IMG/VR virus record: IMGVR_UViG_3300031760_000005
Span: 32,001 to 96,000 of that record
Reading direction: 5' to 3' (one strand)
From: a virus
Taxonomy: Duplodnaviria > Caudoviricetes
Length of the DNA stretch: 64,000 nt
The notes under the pieces: model-generated
Seen by the model: the letters and a program-made list of their open reading frames with translations, nothing else
What the model was told of the DNA's origin: nothing
Databases searched by the model: none
In this document: one piece after another, positions 19,405 through 28,551 of the stretch
Position numbering within the stretch: the first letter of the stretch is position 1
Layout of the letters: every line of letters begins with the position of its first letter
Program-made: the position numbers and the translations under genes

Positions 19405-21348
19405 TTATATTATTTTAATACGATCTTGTAATTCTATTGGATATTGATTTTTTGTACTATTATATAATGTTTTAAAACATGCATCTAATATATATGTTAC
19501 GCACCAATCTCCATCATAACGAACACCACGACCAATACCCTGAATAATTTCATTTGATGTATGTGAATTATACCATAAAGGATATAATTTATTACGGGCG
19601 TTTACAAGTTTATCCATAAGAGTTGGATATGGTACTTTAAGTATTATAATAAATCTGCAATCATCTCCAGGTAAATCGATACCTGTATTAAGAGTAGGAC
19701 CAACTAATATGGTATCTTGTGACATTTGATGTAATTTTACCATTGTAATTTTTTCACGAGAACCATTATATACTAGCATACGTTGTTTAATTTCTAATGG
19801 AGCATCATTATATAAGCGTTTAGCAAATTCATATGAACCAGTTTGTATCATTCCTTTTTGTTCTTTAAATTTAGTTGAACAAATGGAATAAATAACTGTT
19901 TTTAAATGTCTAAATGATATTTCTCGTTCATTAAAAGACATCTTAAATTTATTAAAGAAATATATAGGGGATTCATTAAAATCAAATGTTGAAGGAATAA
20001 CTGTCATAAATGATTTGTCAACAATAGAATTTTCATGATCATATTCATCTTTTTCTTCATAATGAAATCCCATACGTTCATCAAATGCTGCTTTAGTTCC
20101 TACAGTGGCTGACAACATAACTTTATATGGAGCTTTACGTAATAAGAAATACCAAACTATATAATCTTCTTTAGTACACTTAAATGCCACAGATATATGC
20201 TTATCATCATTCGCTATTGTAATATCTTTTAATAAATAATCTACACCAGTAACATCAATCGCTGTAATAAAATCATTCCAATGACATAAATAATTTTCAT
20301 GCCATGAAGCTATTTTAAACATAGCTATATCATCTTTTGATAAATGCTCATGATTCATTTTTTTACTTGAAATTCTGCTTTTAATATCTTCACAACGTTT
20401 TGTAAAAGCAGTTAGTATTTCAAAATACTTTTTTAAATCATTTATGTCTTCATCTTTACGGGATTCTGGTGTTGTCCATGTTTTCCAGAATTTTTGTAAC
20501 TCTTCTTTAAATACAGTTACATTAGGATATTTAGTATAAACTATATTTTCCGCATCATTCAACTTAAACTCATCAAATAATGATATTTGTGGATCTGTAG
20601 TACCATTATATAAAGATTCTAATTTTTCAAAATCGCTTTCAACAATTGTGGGAGCATATTGTAATTGTACTATTTCTGGTATGTTATGACATTCATCACA
20701 AAATAATACTTGATGAGGAACAAATATTGGCGAACCATGACTATCACAATTAAACTGAGGATTATTCATTATAAATAAGAATAATTGATAAGTCATTATA
20801 CAAACTTTAGCTTTTACAGCCTTTTTTCTTGCTCGTACATATTCACATGTTGCAGCACATTCATACCCATATTTTTTGCATGTTTGCCAATTAAACATAG
20901 CAGCCCATGAAAGACCCGCCATTTTACAATCAGCGTTCTTCATGTCTTCACCATTTAATTTACAAACATAATTACCTGTTTGTCCTTTAAGTGTTGCAAT
21001 ACCTGTCTTCTTATGTTTTTTTAAAAAATTTTCGTATTGCTCCCAAAGAAACAAATCAGATACTAATATATATGAAGTAATATCAAAATATTCAGCTAAT
21101 ACACCAGCAGCTATCATATTTATAAGTGATTTACCAGATCCTGTTGGCGCTTCAACTACATAATTACGATATTTATGTGTTAAAATATTTTGAATAATTG
21201 TAACAATAGTTTCTAACTGATGAGGTCTAAATTCAAATGTTTTACTAATTTTATTATTAACCCAATCTTTTATATATGTAACAATATCTTCATCGGTATA
21301 AGAAATTTCTTCTCTATAATTATAAATATCTAATTCTTTTTTATCCAT
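19405..21348 (-). CDS. DinG/YoaA (XPD/Rad3-like) SF2 helicase
   Basis: EAPTGSGKS, Cys cluster, DECH, MLSAT, GIDLPGD, QGIGRGVR. Confidence 0.9.
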   Translation of the reverse strand: MDKKELDIYNYREEISYTDEDIVTYIKDWVNNKISKTFEFRPHQLETIVTIIQNILTHKYRNYVVEAPTGSGKSLINMIAAGVLAEYFDITSYILVSDLFLWEQYENFLKKHKKTGIATLKGQTGNYVCKLNGEDMKNADCKMAGLSWAAMFNWQTCKKYGYECAATCEYVRARKKAVKAKVCIMTYQLFLFIMNNPQFNCDSHGSPIFVPHQVLFCDECHNIPEIVQLQYAPTIVESDFEKLESLYNGTTDPQISLFDEFKLNDAENIVYTKYPNVTVFKEELQKFWKTWTTPESRKDEDINDLKKYFEILTAFTKRCEDIKSRISSKKMNHEHLSKDDIAMFKIASWHENYLCHWNDFITAIDVTGVDYLLKDITIANDDKHISVAFKCTKEDYIVWYFLLRKAPYKVMLSATVGTKAAFDERMGFHYEEKDEYDHENSIVDKSFMTVIPSTFDFNESPIYFFNKFKMSFNEREISFRHLKTVIYSICSTKFKEQKGMIQTGSYEFAKRLYNDAPLEIKQRMLVYNGSREKITMVKLHQMSQDTILVGPTLNTGIDLPGDDCRFIIILKVPYPTLMDKLVNARNKLYPLWYNSHTSNEIIQGIGRGVRYDGDWCVTYILDACFKTLYNSTKNQYPIELQDRIKII

Positions 21349-21400
21349 TAATTAAACTTTTAATACTTAATATTAAAATAGAATATAATGTATAAAAATT

Positions 21401-21434
21401 AAAAGCGGAAGAAGATTTATTTCTTCTTTTGCTT
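21401..21434 (-). terminator. intrinsic terminator closing the minigene-array transcript
   Basis: Minus strand aagcaaaagaagaa/tcttcttccgctttt. Confidence 0.6.
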
Positions 21435-21439
21435 ATATG

Positions 21440-21558
21440 ATTCTCAATCAACTTGAATACTATATCGCCATGCAGAATGTCTAGTATTGATTTTTTGAAC
21501 CTTGGGAGTTTTTGTAACGTTACCGAACTTTATCCTATTAAACTCTAGATTGGGATTT
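21440..21558. ncRNA. candidate structured RNA (three-stem junction)
   Basis: tctcaatc/gattggga enclosing aatacta/tagtatt and gagttt/aaactc; GC-richer than its flanks. Confidence 0.35.
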
Positions 21559-21606
21559 TTATATTTTATTAAATTATATCTTATATGTAAAAATTATATC
21601 TTTATT

Positions 21607-21627
21607 TTAGGGTCGATCTCTAATCAT
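21607..21627 (-). CDS. minigene MIRDRP
   Basis: ATG ATT AGA GAT CGA CCC TAA. Confidence 0.45.
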   Translation of the reverse strand: MIRDRP

Positions 21628-21698
21628 CTTACTTATAATTTAAAAGTTCTACTAATTTATATTATATTAATTATCATTTTATCAAGTTTAATTATTTA

Positions 21699-21719
21699 TT
21701 AGGGTCGATCTCGTATCAT
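21699..21719 (-). CDS. minigene MIRDRP
   Basis: ATG ATA CGA GAT CGA CCC TAA; differs from the 21607 copy only at two synonymous sites. Confidence 0.45.
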   Translation of the reverse strand: MIRDRP

Positions 21720-21784
21720 ATTATATAATTTCAAAATTCTACTAATATCTTACAAATTATCATCTTATCAAGTTTAATTATTTA

Positions 21785-21805
21785 TTAAGGTCAATCTCGT
21801 ATCAT
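21785..21805 (-). pseudogene. minigene copy with CGA>TGA (MIRD*P)
   Basis: ATG ATA CGA GAT TGA CCT TAA. Confidence 0.35.
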
Positions 21806-21874
21806 ATTATCTAATTTTAAATTCTTCTAATATATCTTACAAATTATCATCTATTTCTATATCATTAATTTTAA

Positions 21875-21898
21875 TTAGGGCGGAGGTCGTACTTCCAT
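21875..21898 (-). CDS. minigene MEVRPPP
   Basis: ATG GAA GTA CGA CCT CCG CCC TAA, 11 nt after the upstream stop, A-rich start context. Confidence 0.45.
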   Translation of the reverse strand: MEVRPPP

Positions 21899-21909
21899 AA
21901 TTTTAAAAT

Positions 21910-22197
21910 TTAAAGGGTTTCTTTAGGATCAAGTGAAATATATGTTCTTACTGTCTTCTGTTTATTATGATAAATTACCGTGGTATTATTTGCACCATAG
22001 CAAATAAATTCATTAGTTTTATGACCATTTACTTCATAATACTTAGCATTATATTCATCAATCAAATTATTAAAAGTTTCTTCAGCTTTCCTTATATCAG
22101 TAAAAAGAAGAATATCATTAGCTCTATCAATTGCCATTGCATAATCAGTATTATTAGCAGTGAAGAAACTCTGAATTGTAATCTGATAGATTTTCAT
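21910..22197 (-). CDS. hypothetical early protein
   Basis: Directly below a promoter and the conserved leader. Confidence 0.75.
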   Translation of the reverse strand: MKIYQITIQSFFTANNTDYAMAIDRANDILLFTDIRKAEETFNNLIDEYNAKYYEVNGHKTNEFICYGANNTTVIYHNKQKTVRTYISLDPKETL

Positions 22198-22255
22198 TTT
22201 TGTTTGTTTGTTTGATTTACATATATAATATAGAAATTGTTTTATGAAAATTCAA
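22198..22255 (-). promoter_or_regulatory. early promoter plus conserved AAAC-repeat leader
   Basis: TTGAAT-N17-TATATT then ATATATGTAAATCAAACAAACAAAC. Confidence 0.75.
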
Positions 22256-22270
22256 ATAATATATAAAAAA

Positions 22271-22522
22271 TTAATGAAAAACTTCTAATTTATAATTTGC
22301 CTCACGAAGCTGTTCAACATTACAAGTACAAATCTTAGACAAATTAAATTTCTTACCATAAAACTTAGTACGAGCTTTATTCTTAAATTGATAAGCCTCT
22401 GTAGGATTTTCTGTCAACTCACCATTAAGATTTTTAAGATATTCATTCTTGTTTGTAGCAATAATGAAACGTTTAACGTTGACAATTCTCGGATTTGAAA
22501 TGTTAATTGTTGTTGTTTTCAT
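22271..22522 (-). CDS. hypothetical early protein
   Basis: Directly below a promoter and the conserved leader. Confidence 0.75.
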   Translation of the reverse strand: MKTTTINISNPRIVNVKRFIIATNKNEYLKNLNGELTENPTEAYQFKNKARTKFYGKKFNLSKICTCNVEQLREANYKLEVFH

Positions 22523-22531
22523 CTTTAGTAG

Positions 22532-22597
22532 TTTTTTGTTTGTTTGATTTACATATATAATATAGAAAATGCTCGAAAAAATTCAAATTTTCGAGCA
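22532..22597 (-). promoter_or_regulatory. early promoter plus conserved leader, -35 inside a hairpin
   Basis: TTGAAT-N16-TATATT then ATATATGTAAATCAAACAAAC; tgctcgaaaa/ttttcgagca. Confidence 0.7.
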
Positions 22598-22645
22598 CTT
22601 TTTTTCAATAATATTTAAAAAATATTATACTATATTTATTTTTCT

Positions 22646-22975
22646 TTAATTGGATCTTTTATAGTAGTTGGTTTCAAGTTCTAATTCTGTTCCATTTTTA
22701 TCAAATTTTGATTTTTTAATAATTTCTATTGGTGCAGTTGTAGACAATAACTCTTCTTCTCTTTCCTTTTCAATTAAATAATTTGTTCCATTAAATGAAC
22801 ATACCTCGGTAATATTATCAGTATAAAATATATAAGTTTCTACATGATAAGTAGAATAATGAACATTTATCTCGGTTTTATATTTATTTGTTATATTAAT
22901 TGTTTTTATATTATTTCCACAACCTATAAATAAAATTGCACATAATATAATAATTATTCTCTTATAAGTTGCCAT
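22646..22975 (-). CDS. small lipoprotein
   Basis: Hydrophobic signal with lipobox FIGC. Confidence 0.65.
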   Translation of the reverse strand: MATYKRIIIILCAILFIGCGNNIKTINITNKYKTEINVHYSTYHVETYIFYTDNITEVCSFNGTNYLIEKEREEELLSTTAPIEIIKKSKFDKNGTELELETNYYKRSN

Positions 22976-23559
22976 TTATTATCATTCTTATTTTTATATG
23001 TTGATTTATTTAGTTTATCAATTAAATAATTAAATCCTACAAATAATCCATCTTCATCATAATTACTTATTCCAAATAATTTACAGAAAAATTGTCTTAA
23101 TTGATCATAGTTAAATTGATTTATTGATTCAAGATATGTACCCCTCTGTTCCAATATTTTGTCTTCAATATCATCTAATACTTCACTTTGATAAAATTCC
23201 CTAATAGTACTATCATGATCATCCAATACCCAACTTCCTTCAAGATGATCTAACATATCTTCATCAGATAAATAGTTAAGTATATAATATTTATCTAAGC
23301 AATCAAGAATATCTTCAGTACCATATTTACGGTCAAGTTTATCTACTATATCATCAATTGGAGCATTTTCTACTACAAAATCTATATCAGCATCTTCACA
23401 TATACGATTCGGATCTTTATATATATCAACTGCATCAATAATATCAGAACTAGAAATTTTATCATTTTCAAGCCCAGCCGTCAAGAGTTCTTCTAATGAA
23501 AATTTTTCCCAAATATTTTTTAACTCTTTTTGCCTCAATTTTTCTTTATTATTTTCCAT
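22954..23559 (-). CDS. acidic helical hypothetical protein
   Basis: D/E-rich 201-aa ORF. Confidence 0.7.
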   Translation of the reverse strand: MENNKEKLRQKELKNIWEKFSLEELLTAGLENDKISSSDIIDAVDIYKDPNRICEDADIDFVVENAPIDDIVDKLDRKYGTEDILDCLDKYYILNYLSDEDMLDHLEGSWVLDDHDSTIREFYQSEVLDDIEDKILEQRGTYLESINQFNYDQLRQFFCKLFGISNYDEDGLFVGFNYLIDKLNKSTYKNKNDNKWQLIRE

Positions 23560-23576
23560 AATAAATTATATATTTG

Positions 23577-24329
23577 TTAACTGAAAACTTTTTTGAATGC
23601 TACATAATTTCCATTACCATTATCAGGAATTGCAAAAATAACTTTTTCAAATTTATAATCTTTAAGAAATTCTTTGAAAATTGATGCAACCAATGTTGGG
23701 TCATTACCAAATACTCCGCAACCAAATGCACCAAGAATTAATATTTCCTGGTCATGTACTTTCGCCATATCTAATACAAACTTTATTCTTGATTCAAGTG
23801 TTTTAAGATAAAGATTTTCATCAGAATAGTATTTTTTATATACATTATAATTTGGTGCAGGACATGTAATTACATTTACTAGTAAATCTGAATTTTCACC
23901 AAATTTAAAATAGATAGAAGGAGAAAATATACCCCAATCTTCATAAAGTCCTGTCTCAAATGAACGCTTATAGAAATTTTCATCATATTTATCTTTAAAT
24001 GCTATCAATACATTATAAAGATTACTAACATGACATAATGCTTCTTCTTGTGCAATAGCACCTTTAATAAATCCTCCACCAGGACGTGTAAAACTGGCAA
24101 AATTCAATACACATAATTGTTTAAACGGTTGCGCGTATTTTGCAATTGCATTTTCGGTAGTGGAATCAATTACTTCAATACTATTATCATAAGTAAATTT
24201 TGGATAATGATTTTTATCATATATAACTGAATTTACTCGTGAGTTTTTAGTAATTCGTGATACAAAAGTATCATTTTCCATCTCATCGAAATGCTTTTCA
24301 GCAATTATTCTTCTTTCTTCTTTTGTCAT
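23577..24329 (-). CDS. bacterial-type PARG macrodomain (TIGR02452/DUF2263)
   Basis: VLNFAS..PGGGF..GAIAQEEALC, ITCPAPN, LGAFGCGVFGN. Confidence 0.92.
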   Translation of the reverse strand: MTKEERRIIAEKHFDEMENDTFVSRITKNSRVNSVIYDKNHYPKFTYDNSIEVIDSTTENAIAKYAQPFKQLCVLNFASFTRPGGGFIKGAIAQEEALCHVSNLYNVLIAFKDKYDENFYKRSFETGLYEDWGIFSPSIYFKFGENSDLLVNVITCPAPNYNVYKKYYSDENLYLKTLESRIKFVLDMAKVHDQEILILGAFGCGVFGNDPTLVASIFKEFLKDYKFEKVIFAIPDNGNGNYVAFKKVFS

Positions 24330-24667
24330 GATAGTTTAAATTCTGTAAAGTTAATTAAAATACATATTGCATTATCTAATTCATCCAAAGACATTACCTC
24401 CCCTATTGTTTCATATTGATTTTTTTCAAATCTCAACGTAAACATCCCATAATAATCAGGACATGGATCTACTCGTTCTGGTGAATATTCAGTATGCTCA
24501 TCTTCATAATTAATATAAATTTGTCGATATGATTCACCTTTGTCTTTGAGTAAATCATTAAGTTCATCCACATCTTTTAATATCGCTTTAAGATGACGTT
24601 TACCATAATCTAAAGCATAACCATCTATATATTTAATATTCTTAATATTGTCAATAGTTACTTTCAT
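24326..24667 (-). CDS. hypothetical protein
   Basis: ATGA overlap with the PARG gene. Confidence 0.7.
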   Translation of the reverse strand: MKVTIDNIKNIKYIDGYALDYGKRHLKAILKDVDELNDLLKDKGESYRQIYINYEDEHTEYSPERVDPCPDYYGMFTLRFEKNQYETIGEVMSLDELDNAICILINFTEFKLS

Positions 24668-24733
24668 AATTAAATATCTTTATATCTTAATATATAAATT
24701 TCAAATTTAATATAGTAATTTTTAATGAAATTT

Positions 24734-25192
24734 CTATGAAATAATTTTATTCTTCAGAGTTCTTTGTAAAACTATATTTTCCTTGTCTACATATAATTTA
24801 TGCAGTTGCCAAAGTTGTTCAGAATTTTTATACTCAGGATATAACTTACGTACATGATCAGTTATAAATTCTTGAGTAACTGGAAATGCATCATCATCAA
24901 ATTTAAGCTTTAGTCTTACTCTTCCAGGTCCAAAATATGATAAATCATAATTTAAATTTCTAATTGTATCGCATACCTCAACTACTCGATGATCATCATT
25001 ATCATTCCAAATTGGAAAATATTCCCAACATGAAAACTTTCTATAATAGAATTGTACATAACCATTTGCATCTATTCTGTATATAGGTTTGCGTTGATCA
25101 GAAAAAATCTCATTCCACAAAATACAACAAATAATACATAAAATTGCTGGTATAAACCAATACCAGAAATAAGTCATCACTACATTATCCAT
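24734..25192 (-). CDS. membrane-anchored hypothetical protein
   Basis: N-terminal hydrophobic helix; ends in TAG. Confidence 0.65.
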   Translation of the reverse strand: MDNVVMTYFWYWFIPAILCIICCILWNEIFSDQRKPIYRIDANGYVQFYYRKFSCWEYFPIWNDNDDHRVVEVCDTIRNLNYDLSYFGPGRVRLKLKFDDDAFPVTQEFITDHVRKLYPEYKNSEQLWQLHKLYVDKENIVLQRTLKNKIIS

Positions 25193-25194
25193 AA

Positions 25195-25686
25195 TTATCC
25201 TTCATATTTTACTGGTTCATCATCCCATGTTAATTCTCTTCCAATTAGTTTTTTAATTGTTCCTTTTGGTAAATAACACCAATGAGGATAAGCACCCCAT
25301 TTAGCCATATCGATATCTTCCGGTATTTCTACCCAATGGTCATCTTTCATTTGTGTGTCATCATATGAACAAATTTTGTTTTTTTCATCAAATGATTTCT
25401 TACGAATTTCCGGATCTAATGAATATTGACTATGCCATAACTTGGGAGAAAATCTTTGAAATCCATTTTTCAAAGTAGTCATACGTTCATTACCATTAGA
25501 ATCAACAGCCAACCAAATAAATATATCATCAGTGGACTCTTCATTTCCTTCCCAATTAGGATCTACACCCTCATCAATTACTAAACCTAAATTTTCAATA
25601 ATTTTAGCGGCTTCCTCTAAAGATAATTTATATTCTTTCATATTTATATAGTTATTAATTCGGCTTTCTTCCAATTCTTTGTCCAA
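25195..25686 (-). CDS. hypothetical phage protein (start probably MKEYKLS)
   Basis: WLAVD and LPKGTIKKLIGRELTWDDEPV segments. Confidence 0.7.
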   Translation of the reverse strand: MDKELEESRINNYINMKEYKLSLEEAAKIIENLGLVIDEGVDPNWEGNEESTDDIFIWLAVDSNGNERMTTLKNGFQRFSPKLWHSQYSLDPEIRKKSFDEKNKICSYDDTQMKDDHWVEIPEDIDMAKWGAYPHWCYLPKGTIKKLIGRELTWDDEPVKYEG

Positions 25687-26309
25687 TGTTCGTCAGTTTG
25701 TACGTGCCCGGGTCTGACCCACTTACAAACATAATATGGAAAGTATTTATCTTCAAAAGTCTTTGTTAATCTTATAACAACACCTTCTCGTTGAGGCCCG
25801 TATAATGATGGTTCGCTTGTAAATTTTTCAACAAGATTTTTAAGTTGTTCTTCTGATTCTATCTTTCCTCTCCATAATTCAGGAACTGTTGGGACATTAA
25901 GAATCTTGGCAAACTCGTTTACTTCATCCCAACTCATCCAATAATTTATATCACTATCGTATCCGGCAAATATAAACCAATATGCATGTAACTTATCATA
26001 ATGAATAGAGTGTTCACCATACAAATTTTCACCAAATATCATTTCATCGTCAGCTAATAAAGGCTTAATTCTCCAATACAAACCATCAGAAGGATCCCAT
26101 AAATTACGAGACCAGGGGGAACGTGTAGGTGCACCATGAGAACGGGCATAAACATCTTGAAAAGTAAAACACGTATTCTCACCGTCCATTTTTTCGGTTA
26201 TAACAATCTCTTGACCTTTGAAATTATTAAACCAATTACCCTGAAGCTTCTTATCATCCTTAGTAGCTCCAGGTGAATATGGTAAATGATATGTTCTTGG
26301 GTATTTCAT
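25644..26309 (-). CDS. ATP-dependent RNA ligase family protein
   Basis: KYPRTYHLP, TEKMDGEN, FGENLY, EGVVIR, KWVR. Confidence 0.88.
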   Translation of the reverse strand: MKYPRTYHLPYSPGATKDDKKLQGNWFNNFKGQEIVITEKMDGENTCFTFQDVYARSHGAPTRSPWSRNLWDPSDGLYWRIKPLLADDEMIFGENLYGEHSIHYDKLHAYWFIFAGYDSDINYWMSWDEVNEFAKILNVPTVPELWRGKIESEEQLKNLVEKFTSEPSLYGPQREGVVIRLTKTFEDKYFPYYVCKWVRPGHVQTDEHWTKNWKKAELITI

Positions 26310-26797
26310 TTTATTTTCTTTAATTTGATTGTACTAGCATTCTGTATTATTTGGCACATTTCTCCCTTTTCATCGCGTGCCCAACAACGAGATCTACCTG
26401 TAATAGTTTTCATTCCCTTCAAATCAGGAAACATCTTATAAAATCTTTTCCAAGCCGTTTTACGTTTAAGCTTAGGAACTCTAATCTGAGGACTCCACGA
26501 CCAATCAGTACCAGTGTCAATAAAACTTAAATCATTATCTTTTCGTCTTTGAGGCTTCTTATAAGTGTATGAATATCGCTGAACATGATAATCAATTTCA
26601 GCTAACATTTTATTGGCATAATCTAATCGTTTATAAATATAATTCTCATCTTGACAATCATGCAATGTGCCAACCTTAAAATAACTTCGTTCACCATTAA
26701 GCCAATTTTGACATTGTTTGACTACTGTCTCCCAATTATCTTTAAAATGCTCTCTAAATGCATTTGTATATTCTTCAAGTGAGTTACATCTTTTCAT
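26306..26797 (-). CDS. basic hypothetical protein
   Basis: ATGA overlap with the RNA ligase gene. Confidence 0.7.
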   Translation of the reverse strand: MKRCNSLEEYTNAFREHFKDNWETVVKQCQNWLNGERSYFKVGTLHDCQDENYIYKRLDYANKMLAEIDYHVQRYSYTYKKPQRRKDNDLSFIDTGTDWSWSPQIRVPKLKRKTAWKRFYKMFPDLKGMKTITGRSRCWARDEKGEMCQIIQNASTIKLKKIK

Positions 26798-26862
26798 ATC
26801 CCTATATTTCTATTATGTATAAATATAGTAATGATTTGTTAGAAATTAAATATAATTTGAAT

Positions 26863-27171
26863 TTATTTCCTTGCAAGTTCGTCGCATTCACAACTTACAA
26901 TTTCCATTCCTCTATATTCAATAAACTTATTAAAGAACTCAATAGCTTCAGGACACAAATCCAAAAATATATCAAATATATATGCAGCATCACCTATATT
27001 TAATTGCATTTTTGTACCTAAATCTGCATCTTCAAATGTTATTGAATCTGTAAGTGAATTACTAGTTGCACCATCGGCATTTACAAAAGTTGCTGAACAT
27101 GAATTTTCATGAAAGTATTTAGAATTTTTATCTAACTCATCAAGTAATACTTCAAAATTTTCGTTAGTCAT
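26863..27171 (-). CDS. acidic hypothetical protein
   Basis: ORF in operon. Confidence 0.65.
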   Translation of the reverse strand: MTNENFEVLLDELDKNSKYFHENSCSATFVNADGATSNSLTDSITFEDADLGTKMQLNIGDAAYIFDIFLDLCPEAIEFFNKFIEYRGMEIVSCECDELARK

Positions 27172-27187
27172 AATTATTTATTTAATT

Positions 27188-27370
27188 TTAATATGATTCA
27201 GAAGCATAAAAAGATTCACCACAACTACATGTGACATCATATTCTTTATTACCATCATCTAATGTTTGATAATATTCATCTTCCCACACTTCTACTTGTT
27301 TTCCACATGCAGGACACCATGCCCACATTTCTCCATTATCTTCTATTTTAAGATTTGCTACTAAACTCAT
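27188..27370 (-). CDS. small zinc-ribbon protein
   Basis: CPACG...CSCG. Confidence 0.7.
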   Translation of the reverse strand: MSLVANLKIEDNGEMWAWCPACGKQVEVWEDEYYQTLDDGNKEYDVTCSCGESFYASESY

Positions 27371-27593
27371 TTTTACTTAATTTATACATAAATATTTCTT
27401 CAGCTTCTATTATAAAATGATGTCGTTCAAAAAATGACAAATAACGATTTTCTGCTTCTTTTATAATTTCTGCTTCAGATTTTATTTCTTCACAATGTGC
27501 AGCCCACCAATCAGCAGCTCTACGTGCTTCCTGACATTTTAATTTGACATCTTCTTCAATTTCTTTACTTCGACGTTCCGAATATTCAGACAT
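27348..27593 (-). CDS. hypothetical protein
   Basis: ORF in operon. Confidence 0.65.
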   Translation of the reverse strand: MSEYSERRSKEIEEDVKLKCQEARRAADWWAAHCEEIKSEAEIIKEAENRYLSFFERHHFIIEAEEIFMYKLSKNEFSSKS

Positions 27594-27595
27594 AT

Positions 27596-27964
27596 TTATA
27601 ACAATTTAAATTCATATTTTACCCAATATGCATCTTCTTCATCTAAATTTGAGTTACATTCTGCTTGATGTTTCAATTCATCAAATACACAAATCCATTT
27701 TTTATTCCATTCTTGTAAATCCTTTGGATTTTTAATGTTTTCTCTAAAAATCTTAAATGTTATATAATGGCTAAGTTCTTCAACAACAACATATTTGGGA
27801 ATAGGTATATTATATTTACTAAATGCATAACGAATTGATGCATCAACCTGTACATACCACCAAGTATCTTTACTAAGTGGAATTTCTTTCAAATCAAATT
27901 CCAATGTTTCTTTATTGAAAAATTGTTTAAAATATTTAGTTTGCTTATTATAATCAGTTTTCAT
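27596..27964 (-). CDS. hypothetical protein
   Basis: ORF in operon. Confidence 0.65.
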   Translation of the reverse strand: MKTDYNKQTKYFKQFFNKETLEFDLKEIPLSKDTWWYVQVDASIRYAFSKYNIPIPKYVVVEELSHYITFKIFRENIKNPKDLQEWNKKWICVFDELKHQAECNSNLDEEDAYWVKYEFKLL

Positions 27965-28266
27965 GCTTCTAATATTTTATTTAGCTTTTCCAATAATTCA
28001 TTACTTTTATTATAATTTTCCAACCATTTCTCACTTTCATGACAACTTTGAAGAACTTCATTAAATTCAGGATTTGATTCATCTAATAACCATTCTCTTT
28101 CATAAATAGAACTTAATGAGAAATGAGACCCTTTCATATATTGTTCGGTTTCATCTTGAATATTGTCAATTTCTTCAGCAGTCGTTCCAATATAAGTTTG
28201 AGTTATGTCAGAATATAATGGGTCAATAGCTTTATACTTTATTATTCTTTTCATTTTGATATTCAA
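27961..28266 (-). CDS. hypothetical protein
   Basis: ORF in operon. Confidence 0.65.
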   Translation of the reverse strand: MNIKMKRIIKYKAIDPLYSDITQTYIGTTAEEIDNIQDETEQYMKGSHFSLSSIYEREWLLDESNPEFNEVLQSCHESEKWLENYNKSNELLEKLNKILEA

Positions 28267-28540
28267 TATATTTCAAAACATCTTCTTTAGTATCATATAT
28301 TTCATCTGATTTAACCCACCAAGCATGACCTCTTCTATTTACTTTATATTTAGTTTCAACATGCCATACATCACTCATAGGCATACCATCATCATATTCA
28401 TCATATCCCTTTGTAATATTCAATTGGCATTCTTCAACATAAACTTCCATAGGTGCTGGTTCGTGAGTATTTTTAAGATGACCTACCATATACCTAAATA
28501 CCCCAACCTTATGAGAAGCAGAAATTCTTAACTCGTCCAT
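28232..28540 (-). CDS. hypothetical protein
   Basis: ORF in operon. Confidence 0.65.
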   Translation of the reverse strand: MDELRISASHKVGVFRYMVGHLKNTHEPAPMEVYVEECQLNITKGYDEYDDGMPMSDVWHVETKYKVNRRGHAWWVKSDEIYDTKEDVLKYIEYQNEKNNKV

Positions 28541-28551
28541 ATCTTAACTAA

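Larger units (their letters stand above)
21600..21900 (-). repeat. tandem array of 86-92-bp units, each with a Pro-stop minigene
   Basis: TAA codons at 21607, 21699, 21785, 21875; three clearly similar units plus a divergent fourth. Confidence 0.85.

Noticed and set aside
21502-21702. 66-aa plus-strand ORF
   Set aside because: TTG start, low-complexity I/L/Y composition, antisense to the local transcription unit and running across the repeat.
21600-21900. CRISPR array
   Set aside because: The 'spacers' resemble each other, the repeats are degenerate and no cas genes are present in the window.
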